The position numbers were made by a program, and so were the translations under genes. 64,000 bases of DNA from Octopus sinensis (taxonomy: Eukaryota): NCBI RefSeq assembly GCF_006345805.1, contig NC_043006.1:94674001-94738000 (forward strand), given 5' to 3'. The notes under the pieces were generated by a model, which had not been told where the DNA came from, ran no database searches, and saw only the letters and a program-made list of their open reading frames with translations. Shown here in pieces: positions 37,434 through 50,396 of this stretch. Each line of letters begins with the position of its first letter. The stretch's first letter is position 1.

Positions 37434-37638
37434 CATATATATATACATATACATATGCACAGATATTATGTCATAAGCATTAGAAACTTCGAGGAAGCGA
37501 GAAATCATACGTTTTGAACGGTTGTACTTGATTTAGATGAAGTTTTATAGGGCTCTACACTTTTATATTTTTCCGTCCATTTTATTAAATGCAATATTTA
37601 CATGCTAATATGCACACGCACACACACACACACACACA

Positions 37639-37686
<48 letters not shown>

Positions 37687-37739
37687 TTGCACACGCACAC
37701 ACATACACACACACACATACATAATTCACGAACTCAGTA

Positions 37740-38430
37740 TTGGGATACTTGGAACAAAACCTAGATAAAAAAAGAGCTGAAAAGAATTACGGCATGACCT
37801 TTAAAAGAATTTGGACCAAATCCCCAGGAAAACAGGTAGAATTCAGCACCCTCCTCAACAATCTACAACCTAATCTCAAATTCAAAAGAGAAATGAGCAA
37901 CACACAATGATTATTTCTTGATATTATGGGAATTAAAAACAACACTGCAATCACAACTAATGTTTATTACAAAAGCACAGATACGCACCAGAACCTAAAT
38001 TTCAAATCATGCCACCTAACATACGCAAAACGCAACCTCTCGTAACTCAGGAAACGTTGTACTATAGTAGATGATCCAAATACCAAGAACGACTTACAGA
38101 ACTCAAATGATTTCTGCTCAAGCAAAATTACCCTCTCCTACTTATAGAAAATAGCATACAACGAGCAAAAAGATACTTATAGAGCAACTTAGAGCAACAT
38201 AAAAAAGACAAACCCATCAAAGGAACACACTGTTATTTCTAGTAACACACAATCCGCATCACCAAGATATTTTTTAACATCATCAAAATAAATTTCCCAA
38301 TCATAAAACAAAGCGAAAAATTTAAAAACATAATAACTAATCAAACACTTGTCTTATGCAAAAAGCAACCACATAACCTAAAGAAACTCTCAACAAAGGC
38401 AAAATTCAACATGGACAAACATGATAACAC
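37740..38430 (+). pseudogene. Degraded PLE reverse transcriptase C-terminal/thumb fragment (different family)
   Basis: EFSTLLNNLQPNLKF..LFLDIM..TTNVYYKSTDTHQNLNFKSCH..CTIVDD..RLTELK..NYP..LIENSI..THNP..KQPHNLKKL, with stops and frameshifts. Confidence 0.8.
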
Positions 38431-38879
38431 ATTCACATAGTAAACGTAGATTCATATACGCAGGAAACACATCTGTATGTTCATATACACTCATTCATGT
38501 TCTTTTATTCTTTATTTGTTTAAATACTTTCAGTCGTGATACTGCGACCATGTTGGAGCAACACCTTAATTTTTTTCTTTCAGATTTATTGTCGCTTTAT
38601 GGCTTGAAGTGAGTCTGTGTTTGAATTTGTAGCAGCTGGTCTTCCCTTGGTGGACAGTTGAATGGCTGACCGGTCTGCTGTTGTCGTTAGTGGTTATTTA
38701 ATGTCTTTTTTTAACGTTTCAGCAGAGGTTCATTTTATATTTCTGACATCTTTAGGCGGTTGAACAATTGGAGGCCTTAAAATATCAGACTGGAGTGCTT
38801 TTGCTTGTGATTTCGAAGGTGGTATAATTGGAAGCTGACAGTATCTACCAATCCGTGCATCAAAATTGTCTCTAATGCC

Positions 38880-39640
38880 AAAATTTGGAAAATCCCCTAT
38901 CCAGGATTTCTCATATGTATATGTTGATATAGCTCTCTAGTCGGTGTTCAAGAGAGTAGACACACAGGACTTTCAGAACTTGCCGATGATAAAAGCTTTG
39001 GACCGAAATTATTTTACTGGTGAACGTTCTTTGTAACTCTTCAATTTCTTCTATGAGACCGTAAGTTTGGACACCAAGCTGTGAGCAGTAATTTAATCTG
39101 CTCAGAAGTAAAATTTTCCACTGAGTTAGCACAACTACCTGTTCTCTAATCACGTAGGTTCTCAGGATCCATGCCAAGAGTTGTCTGCATTTAGCTCAGT
39201 TTGGTAACATGGTTGATGAAATGATTCCTAAGACCTATACTGTCATTAGCGCTCTGAATCATTGTGTTGTGTTATCTGGTGTCAAGTAATATGATTTGTG
39301 TATATTCTATTATTTCCCCTTTGATAAATAATGTTTTATAATTTTGGAGGGTAACGACATCTTTTGAAGTTTGGAGGGATATCAAGATTTTGTTTTCATT
39401 GGCGTAATTCGTTAGGCTGACCAAGTGCAGTTATGAGCACTTGATAGGGCAATAATAACTATTGATTTTCCTAGTGGCTTGTCCTGAGTTATAACGCTTA
39501 TTGCAGGTGACTCTGTAGAGGTAAAACCGTTTGCAATAACATCTTGTAACGGGTTCTTCCTTACACATAAAGAAACCCACCATATCTCACGACATAAACC
39601 CAAATTTATACACGCATATCCTTCTCTACATGCATACACC
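38880..39640 (-). mobile_element. Old CR1-clade LINE ORF2 fragment
   Basis: AWILRTY..QWKILLLSRLNYCSQL..IEELQRTFTSKI..LKVLCVYSLEHRLE, homologous to the younger copy at 53506-54200. RT-like remnants lie upstream. Confidence 0.75.
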
Positions 39641-40450
39641 AGCCTTCTCCTCCATTCCTAACTCACCCCATAGCACTGCATTCCCACCAGGACCTTAATC
39701 CCTCTTTTTATTTATTTCCCTGCCAACCTCTTTTATTGTTTTATTTTTTACCTATCTTTTCTTTTAAATTCCAGTGAAGAAGAAGCGGCCGAAACGTCAA
39801 TATTTTTCCTTTCAGTTTTTGGCGTTAAAAACAACACAACATTTGTTAAAACTTTTCCTTTCCGTGTTGTTTTCTTTTTGCGCTTATTGATTAATATATT
39901 TAATATATTTTCACATTGTATAAAAACGAATACAACTCAAAATAAACAGAAATGAAAACAGAATTAAGGAATACTGAACAACAGTTTACATTTTACCTAA
40001 AATTGGTGAAGTGTAAATTGCTGTTCAGTCTTCCATACTTCAGCTTTCACCTTATATTTCAATTTGCACTTTATTAGCTTTTAAAAAAAACACCCTGACT
40101 TTATATATGCTGCACTCCAACTAGAATACGCTATCATACATACTTACATACATACTTACGTACATACATACATACATACATACATACATGCATACATACA
40201 TACATACATACATACATACATAAGTTCATACATACATAAATTCATACTTACATAAATACACAGACACACAAACACATATACATGGATATGTATAGGTTTG
40301 TATTTGTAGATGAAAGTATGTGAGTGTGTATATATATAGATGCATATACATGCATACACGCAAGCACGAACAAATGAACACACACACACACAATTGTGTA
40401 TTGCTGATATGAGGAATTGAGGAATTTATATTCAGTATACTGTCTATACT

Positions 40451-40750
40451 GGAAGCACATGGCATAGTGGTTAGAGCAGCTGACACGCGGTCGAAGGATC
40501 GCGGGTTCGAATCACGGACCGAGCAATGTGTGTGTTTACGAGCGAAACACCTAAGCTCCACGCGGCTCCGGCAGAAGGTAATGGCGAACTTCTATTGACT
40601 CTTTCGCCACAACTTTCTCTCACTCTTTCCTCCTGCATCTAGCATTCCCCCTACGACGGACCGGCAACCCATCAAGGTGAGGAACCTATACGCCAATGAA
40701 ACCGGGAAACCGGCCCTTATGAGTCAAGCATTGCATGAGAAGGGACAAAC
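40451..40750 (+). mobile_element. tRNA-derived SINE (same head as 8606/23761, different tail)
   Basis: A box tggcatagtgg, B box ggttcgaatc, shared central domain gtgtttacgagcgaaacacctaagctccacgcggctccggcag. Confidence 0.85.
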
Positions 40751-41399
40751 AAAAAATACTGTCTATATTACTTGGACTGGTGTAGTCATTTTCAATGTTA
40801 CTTTCACTATATTTCGGCTGTTGCACTCTCCAGCCTAACCCCTTATGCGATTTCTAGATTTCCACAGAGTAGAATAAGAACAGTCTACACCAGTAGACTA
40901 AATAAAAGATTAGCTTCGAAATTCCGATATAACAACCAAGTTCAACACAAAATGTAGGGAAAGCAGCAATCAAAATATTTGCGTATGTTTCAGGACAGAC
41001 AAAAAAGAAGACGGCGAATTTGCTTGGAAAAGACGGAAAATCCAACGTTTCGGACAAAAACCTTCTTCAAAGTAAAGTTGTCTGGAGAAAATGAAAGAAA
41101 CATACCAGAGATCTACATATCATTGTACATAAAAACACGCAAAATATATACATATGCATACACACAACTGAGTGTTGTCACAAGGGTATATTTCGTATTC
41201 GGTCCCACTAGTGAAGAGAAACCTCCTCTGCAGGATACGCCTAGTTACAAGGAACATGAAATAGATGAATGTCAATAGACAATAAAATGCTAGATGAAAA
41301 AATGTTATGGGAGAATTCTGAACACCCCCACGTGGCAGAAGGTGTACTAACCGATTATAATGAGTAAAAACTGAGGGAATGGACATACTATCCACTGTA

Positions 41400-41828
41400 A
41401 TTATGAAGAAAAGAGCATGAAACCAATAAACGGTCTACAATCTGTCTACCCTATGTGAAAGGCTTCTCCGAAAAGATACAAAAGATATGCAGCACATATA
41501 ACATCAGGTCAGTATTCAAAAGTAATACAACACTTTGCAAATATCTTCTTCGATTAAAAACCACCCATAGAAGAGAATATGATGAAGACCTGCTGCGTGT
41601 ATTCAATCCCATGCAACTGTGGTAGGTTATACAAAGGCGAAACGTGCCGCTCCCTCAAAATAATGGTAGACGAACATCACAAAGCTGTGACACGGCGAGA
41701 TATCGATAAATCGGGTTTAGCTGATCATGATTCATCCCCTGTGGGATGAACCACTGAAAAATACAAAAACTAAAAGAAGCAGCACAAATGCCATAGCACA
41801 AACGCCTAAGCAGACCGAGCAGGATATA
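41400..41828 (+). pseudogene. Penelope/Poseidon-type PLE GIY-YIG endonuclease fragment
   Basis: ICLPYVKGFSEKIQKIC..IRSVFKS..CVYSIPCNCGRLYKGETCRSLK..EHHKAV..KSGLADH..HPLWDE..KEAAQM..LSRPS, with frameshifts and deletions. Confidence 0.85.
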
Positions 41829-41930
41829 AGCTCTAAAATTCACTCCATAATTGCCCACTGGCATATGGCGTAGTGGTTAAGAGCGTGGGCTACTAACCCC
41901 AAGATTCCGAGTTCGAATAATAATAATAAC

Positions 41931-41961
<31 letters not shown>

Positions 41962-42132
41962 TCAAAAATACCTTTAAAATGAGAACCCAGCTTCGAAATT
42001 TCCTCAAGACACCTGATGAAGGCTGGAGGGTATATTAGACGAAACGTTGTATTAACAACAAACAGGATGAGGACAAATATCCGTCAAATGTAAATACTGT
42101 ACATAATTCCTCATTTATTAAATATAGAACTG
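41826..42132 (+). mobile_element. tRNA-head/hammerhead unit, third copy (HHR core at 42013-42048)
   Basis: Colinear with 8290-8575: leader, tRNA-like A/B boxes, (AAT)n, CTGATGA-A-GGCTG...-GAAAC-GTT, 3' end aaatatagaact. Confidence 0.85.
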
Positions 42133-42871
42133 CAAAAACCCTGAACTATGCGATACTAGTGGCTGGTATTCATGCCTTGCAGCTTATTGGTCTGGCTCTC
42201 CATAGCCAAACGGGATGCAAGAACAAAATTATTCTAAAACATTTCTTCTGGCAAGTACAAGACATTAAAAATTATATTAAGGGAATGTATAAATGTCACG
42301 ACTTCATCTGTGCAAACCATCCATAAATTGAATGCTTTGAGTATTAAGTGAAAACAAAACCAGTGAACGGTTAAAATAAGCAAAAGTAGCGGATTATTTT
42401 GAAATAATGTAATACAATTATCAACAGGGTATTTCACATCAACTCTGTAACACAAACATATTTGGAAATGTGTGCGTGAATGTGTATGTACGTTTGTGTG
42501 CGTATGTATTTGTGTGAGGTGTGTGTGTGTGTATGTAAGTGTTTCACTAAGTGCGCTTGTGTGTAAGTGTAAATGTAACAGTTGCGATATATGCACATGC
42601 GTGAACAAACACACACTCGTACACAGTATTTACGAATCCAAGTGTACGTATGTGCATGTGAATGTGTGTGCATATATTAATAAATATCTTTAAACATCTA
42701 CTCACACACATACACACACGTACATATATTTGTGAATAGATGTAAACATATATGTATAGGAGTATATATACATATATATATACATATATATAAATATATG
42801 TGCTTATATATATATATATATATGTATTTTTATATATATATATATAACACATACATACATATATATACATT

Positions 42872-42917
<46 letters not shown>

Positions 42918-43171
42918 GTGTGTGTGTGTGTGAGATACACAATGAAAATCCCATACATAGTCATACGCACAAATACACACACATAATTATAACGAATCGT
43001 AATGGAGAATAACTGAACGTTAACGTTGAAGGCAAAAGTAAAAATTGTGAATTCTACCTTCAGCAAGTATTGCATATTGCGTGTCATACATACATACATA
43101 TATGTATTTACATGTATACGTATATATATATATAAGCATTCCTATATTTCTATGCATATATATATATATAC

Positions 43172-43231
<60 letters not shown>

Positions 43232-43796
43232 ATATATATAGGTATATATACATACATACACATAAGTATTTTCGTAATTGCGAACATGCATACATATATA
43301 TGCATATATACATTTTCATACATATATATACATATGTGTATATATGTATACATACATACATACACACATACATACATATATATATACATATATATATTTA
43401 TAGATATACATATATATGTATATAAATAGTTCAGCAGCGGCGTTATTTTTTTCTTCCGTTTTCCCTTTCACATTAATATTCAATCAGGTGCCATTACAAC
43501 TCGTTCGTGTTGCTAAAGATTATTTGCGCCTGAAACTAAATATGAAGTTGATAGTTTCGATGTTAACATTATTAAACTTTGTGTTTGCACTATAACTTGA
43601 CTGTTGCAACAGGCTATGCTATAGATATGTCAATTGATTTTCAATTTATTGATGGAAATGGAAGATGGCGAAACGAGTGTTATACAATACTATTGATAAT
43701 AATAAAAGAAGTATATAATGGCATATATGTATATATTCCTACACGCATACATACATATAGGTATGTACACATACAAACAGACACACACACACACAC

Positions 43797-43836
<40 letters not shown>

Positions 43837-44011
43837 ACTATGTGTGTATGTGTATGTCAAATATGCAAATATATACATACATATATATATATATATACTT
43901 ATATTTATATAAATATATACATATGCATACAAACACTCATACCCATATGTATATATGTATATATATATATGTAAAATATATGTATATATTATGTACATAT
44001 AGATATATGCA

Positions 44012-44094
<83 letters not shown>

Positions 44095-45639
44095 GTGTGT
44101 ATGTGTGTGTGTGTGTGTAAAGGTATTATATATATGTTATAAAATTCCTTTTGCTTCGAAATAAATCGAAGGAAGTCTTCATGTGAACATAGATTTCATA
44201 TATTTTTGTATTTAAGAGTTGTATCAAAATTCTCACAGGACAACAGAAACACATGAAATCCACAATTATTAATAACACTCTGGACGGGAATATTGAATTC
44301 GACCAAAAATAACATGGAAATAATTAGAAGGTTTCGTTTGACGTTCTGTTAGGCTTTAGCTGAAGTTAGAGCTTAGAATCATGTTGGATCAAGAGGAGAC
44401 CCCGCTCTTCGAACGTATTTGCACTAGGAGCGGGTTCGTATTATCTATTATTGCAGAACGTCTTTCACTTTTTTTCTTTAGCTTCCAAATATGCCGCGAG
44501 AATAACGCTGTAATCCTCTTATCTATTCACACAAGCCCACATGCAGGCTATGGTCACACAGACTCATGCACACACAGATATTTATATTTATGTTTACTAC
44601 TGAAAGCCAGTACAAATATACTTGATAAACATTTGAGCCTTAAGTGATATTTGAAAGTAAAGTATTTTTGCTGCTGTTTGTCATGGAGAACAGAATTATT
44701 CCTTAAAACAAACTACAGTGAAAAGCATATACACGTTGAAATATCTATCAAACATATTTGAACTTCACTTTGTATAGTTTCCATTACTGCCTCCTACACC
44801 TACATAGATGATAATGATAATGATGATGATGATTATGATGATAACGATGATGATGACAACGACGATGATGATTATTATGATGATTGCTGTCCACTCGTGA
44901 CGGAGGAGGATCATCACTGCCCATTGCCCATGCAAAATATCAGCAATGCTTGTGCATGAAATTATTGCCTCCACAACCGTCAACACTCGGCTTCGCGCCG
45001 GCGGCTCCCACATATTCGCCACCGCCCTCTGCAATCTGACAGGGCATCGGATAATCACCTCGCCGGCGATTGCGCAACCTAAAAATTCAGGTTCAATAAG
45101 GTTTGCACAACATTCCACAGACCATCTTTACTCCTTTCAGATTGATCCATCGATAAGCCAGGGTAAGATATCCAGTGCCAATATGCGTCACAGGCTCAGG
45201 AGTGTGAGAGTGCCATGATCTCAAACGCCCGATCACAAAGTTGCCCAATCTCAAAGATGCCACTTCCTGCATATCCGTCTCTATATCAGAGTGACCTTCT
45301 CCTAAAGACATATTTTATCAAAAACTGAGGTGTGTCTGACTCCCCCTCGTCTTCTAGGTCGCAGTTGAGCAAATTTGGATTTGGTAGGTTAAAATAATGC
45401 CATTTAAACAGATTTTCTTATTTGTTTTGGATCCCATAATATACATCTTCAACATTAATATTTTCCTTATTCGTGAATAGCGATTTCTATATCCTTAGGG
45501 ACACTTGAGAATTATTTCATAATTATAACAATATTTCCTTATAAAAGCAATAAGGAAATAATTTAACAAACACAAGCTTTGGTAAGACGTAATCCAGCTG
45601 GAATCTTTTCTTTTTTTCTGACATATTCCATTAGTTGTA

Positions 45640-45845
45640 AAGGCAGAAAACTGACGGAACTGTTACTGCGCCGGGCAAAACGTTCAGTGGCATTTCGTCT
45701 GTCTTCGTGTTCTGAGTTCGAATGCCGTCCAGGCGTTGTATTTCATTCCCCCCGGGATCGATAAAATAAGTACCAACAGTGGGGTCGATGTAATCGTCTT
45801 GCTCCCACCCCCGAAATTCCTCGCCTTGTTTTCCAAGCCAATATT
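45640..45845 (+). mobile_element. Degraded tRNA-derived SINE
   Basis: ccgggcaaaacgttcagtggcatttcgtc..ctgagttcgaat..gataaaataagtacc..ggggtcgatgtaatcg. Related to the SINE split by mariner copy 1. Confidence 0.7.
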
Positions 45846-46313
45846 TCGTTAGTTGTAGAAGTAATTTAGATCTAAATTTTTGTGATGGCTAAAGCAAATG
45901 ATCCAAATTCCTTTCTTCTTTCTTGGGAATTTATCCACAGAAACTGTAATCAATTATAGACGCGAATTTTTATACACCGTGTACAAGTTGTATTGAACAT
46001 AGAAGGAGGATGTTTAAATCTGGCCATTTACAGTGATGTGTGTTATAGACCATTTACATATGTGGCTATAGAGAACAGTTTTTTTTCTAACTCACAAATA
46101 GTGTCATGCAATCATAATTTGGATTTTTGGTTTGAATCTTTCGTATCATCGAGAGATGACATTTTGCGGGTCTTCCAGTTGAAGCGAGGGCGAGGAGAGA
46201 TGTGTCTTGCCAGCAGTTATTCTTCTTTTATTCTTTCGTTAACGAAGCAAATGTGTTTGCCTTCTGCCTACTCTCTCCTGTAATGCAAGTATGAATATAT
46301 ATATATATATATG

Positions 46314-46399
<86 letters not shown>

Positions 46400-46503
46400 C
46401 GTATAAGTAGAAAGATTGATTTTGTTTTCGAAAAACTCATTACATTATTATACATATATATATGTATATATGTGTATGTGTGTGTATATATTTATATATA
46501 AAC

Positions 46504-46587
<84 letters not shown>

Positions 46588-46771
46588 CATGCATATATAC
46601 ATATATCTTTATAAATATAATACGTATATGTGTATATGTGTCTACGTATAATAATGGTGTAAATCTGATTCTCTTCACTCCCGTTGATCCCATTCACTAA
46701 TCGCTTTGTACGGAAATAGTATTTTCGGTACATCTACGAAATATCCATTCATATAATGATTACACGCACAC

Positions 46772-46841
<70 letters not shown>

Positions 46842-46871
46842 GTGTATATATATATATATATATATACATAC

Positions 46872-46902
<31 letters not shown>

Positions 46903-47350
46903 CACATATACATACTCATATATGTATTATATAAACAGGTATATACGCAAATGCACACATATAAACGTATGTGTATGATTTTCTTTGTGTGTGTGTATGC
47001 AGTCTTGTGTTCGTCAGTTCAGTTCCAATCTGTCTCTTTTAATGAAACTACAAGCATTTTTGTTCATATTATTTTATACATATTTATCTATATTTTTCTT
47101 TGAAAAACTAACACACGAAAATGAAAAAATGAAAAAGCACTGGTTGTTATTTAGTTTTACAAATCAGAACAGACCAACGTATATGAATTAGCCAAAGATG
47201 GCTGTATGTTGTTCTATAATCTACTTTAAAATGACTCCCTAAAACCATATCAATATCCATAAAATAAATGAGTTGAAACAGAATGAACGAGTTAATATTT
47301 TTGTTATGCATTTACTTTGTTTTTATGTGCCTTTCTCTCTTATTATGTGC

Positions 47351-47400
<50 letters not shown>

Positions 47401-47582
47401 GTGTTTGTGTATGTGTGATTATGCATAGTTTTGCCTATGTGTGTATGTATGTATGTATGTATGTATATATATACGTTTGTATGTATGTATGTATCTATCT
47501 ATCTTTATATATTATTCTCATATCCTTTCGGTGTATATTGACGCTACACCCAGACATGTGTATTGAGACAGGCAAACTGGCT

Positions 47583-47618
<36 letters not shown>

Positions 47619-47729
47619 ACATACGGTACTTAAATATATACTCTATCAATCTAACTATCCATCTACCTATATGTCTGTCTGTCTGTCAATCTATCCATCT
47701 ATCTACCTATCTATGTATATATGTATGTA

Positions 47730-48514
47730 TGTCAGAGCGGTCAGAGAGACGAAACCGTTCTGCACGCACTCTTGCAGTGTCCAACAATTTCCGACCTGTG
47801 GGCTTATGTCGAACAACTGCTGTCACGTGTGGGACGAGTCAGTTTATCAGCTGAGTCTATCGTCAATATTGTCACGCCTCCTTCCTTTAAACGGGAAGGA
47901 AGAGCTATTTTCATCATCCTTGTGGCTATGGCGAGAGAATGTATCTGGTGGAAGCGTTTGAAATGATTGGAGACAAACACTTTCCTCTCTGGTCAATCTC
48001 TCATCAATTTCTTCAAGTATCACTTGAAAAGGAAAGTAGAGAGGCAAGTTTTGTCTAGCGAATGTTTTAAAAAAAGATTGTTGAATGTAGCAAGGATGGC
48101 ACGTATGAGTGACGAAGCCACCTTGAGCATAATCCTATGAACCCAGAAATTGAAAACAGAGGGTTACCCACTTGCAAACAAATGTGGTAACATGTAACAT
48201 GTAATATTGACCGAGGTTACCGTGGTCTTTTCCGTAGGTTTTTCTTCCCACGGATAAACCTTATCTGCTTCCTCCTTTACACCGTACATCATGACACTGT
48301 GATACACGAACCCTATTGATCGTGTTTTTTCTTTTTCCCATTTTTCCTTCTTTTTTCTCCCTTTTTCTTTTTTCTTTTCTTTTGTTCCTTTTCCTTTCTT
48401 TCTTTTTTTCTTCTTTTCCTTTTACGATCCATTTTGATCGAAAACCTACCCAACTTTGCTCTACTTTGTAATCTGTCCCGTCTGTGTGCAGCCCTGTATG
48501 GCTAATAAAGAAAC
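47730..48514 (+). mobile_element. 5'-truncated Tx1/L1-clade LINE 3' end (CCHC zinc knuckle + 3' UTR)
   Basis: C.SGQRDETVLHALLQCPTISDLW...ARECIWW..LINFFKYHLKRK, followed by a pyrimidine-rich UTR ending ggctaataaag. Embedded in (TATG)n on both sides. Confidence 0.85.
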
Positions 48515-48545
<31 letters not shown>

Positions 48546-48641
48546 TGTATGTATGTATGTATGTATGTATGTATGTATGTATGTATCTATCTATCTATCT
48601 ATCTATCCATCTATCTCTATCTCTGTCATTCTCTCTCTCTC

Positions 48642-48644
48642 TCC

Positions 48645-48687
<43 letters not shown>

Positions 48688-48779
48688 ATACACAAATTAG
48701 TAAATAAATGGCACAACTAAGTACCGATATTTACTGGCTACTTTTTACTGGAAGGCAATACTTGTATTGCATTACTGAA

Positions 48780-48826
<47 letters not shown>

Positions 48827-49002
48827 TAATGCAATACAAAGTATTGCCTTCCAGTAAAAAGTAGCCAGTAATATCGGTACTTAGTTGTGCCATTTATTTA
48901 CTAATTTGTGTATATATATATATATATATATATAAAGGGAAATACAGAACCAAGAATATATATGCCCCCCACCACTATCTCTCTGTATATATATATGTAT
49001 AT

Positions 49003-49052
<50 letters not shown>

Positions 49053-49120
49053 GTATATATACATATATATATACAGAGAGATAGTGGTGGGGGGCATATA
49101 TATTCTTGGTTCTGTATTTC
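48642..49120. repeat. Double inverted duplication centred on (TA)n: L-(TA)n-rc(L)-rc(R)-(TA)n-R
   Basis: 48823-48940 is the reverse complement of ~48642-48778, and 48939-48985 is the reverse complement of 49074-49120. The junction shares GA at 48939-48940. Confidence 0.9.
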
Positions 49121-49779
49121 ATTTGTAAGAGTTTTGATGTGAACTCGTGTGTATTGAAACAGATTGTGCATCGTCTCGAGTCGGTCATTACGCAAACGCA
49201 CGCACACACACAGTGGTTTTACTTCACTTTCTTTAATATTCCTTACCAATTGGTTAATTATTCAACCAATAAACTCATCGAATCTTTGTTTCATCATTCG
49301 GCTAATCAATCGCTCATCTCTGTTCACCGTTTGCAGCCTCTTCAATACTATGACGTTATACGCCTGGGCAGGCCACTTCGAATAGTTTTATTTAAATATT
49401 TATGTAGTTGTATGTACGTAAGTAGATTTGTACGCGAGAAACAGAGAGGCAGAGTATGGAAGTGTGTGTTCCCATGTATTTGCGTGTTACTGATGCTGAG
49501 CATCTGTGAACGTGGAAGTTGAATATACACACCTCACGCCCGTCATTGTATAATGAGTCAACCCGTACTAAGCGTTGATGAAATGTTCTGACAATAAATC
49601 TCTTTCATTATGTTACAACGCATTTATATATGAGCCTCTATATTTATAACTATATATGAGCTGCAGGGTTTAGAAACACTGATATAACATGATACAGATT
49701 ACGAAACAGCTGTCAACAAATAAAATAAACATTTCACCTATCACTTCTCTGAACTCTGACGTTTGGTTAACTATTTCAT

Positions 49780-49814
<35 letters not shown>

Positions 49815-49819
49815 TTAAC

Positions 49820-49860
<41 letters not shown>

Positions 49861-50137
49861 ACTATTTCATATATATATATATATATATATATGTAATTAA
49901 ATTAAATTATTGTTCAATTTATCTGCCTTATTATTTAAATCTTAAAATAATTATGTTCTCTAATTGGCAACATTAACTGCAGTAAATTATCTGCTGTAGA
50001 ACTGCTTCCGAAATTTCGCGCACCAGAACTTAGACATTTGAAAATAACCCCCAATATAATCGGTAAAACTAAGCACATGTCTAGTTTTATATGGACAACT
50101 AGTGTTTAGTTTTGTCAATTATATTAAAATTGGAACG

Positions 50138-50212
50138 ATTGTACTGACGAGTTCTGCGGACGAAGGATTACGCGAGTAATTTATTCGGTAACAGACGAAA
50201 CCGGTATACGAT
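50138..50212 (+). ncRNA. Type I hammerhead ribozyme motif with canonical core
   Basis: ATTGTA-CTGACGA-GT(T)CTG...CAGAC-GAAAC-CG-GTA-TACGAT. Helix I 6 bp (one GU), helix II 5 bp with a bulge, palindromic helix III (ACCGGT), GUA triplet. Confidence 0.8.
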
Positions 50213-50361
50213 TAATTCTTGATTTTTATATAATTTTCATCAGTCTTGCCCGCTTATGTTCGGGTGTTCGCTGAATTTTCTCTGGAGAACATTTTTTTGG
50301 TAGTTAGATCGTATGTGATCTTCTAGCGTATGGTAATCCACCTAGTGTTTTATCTCTAAAT

Positions 50362-50396
<35 letters not shown>

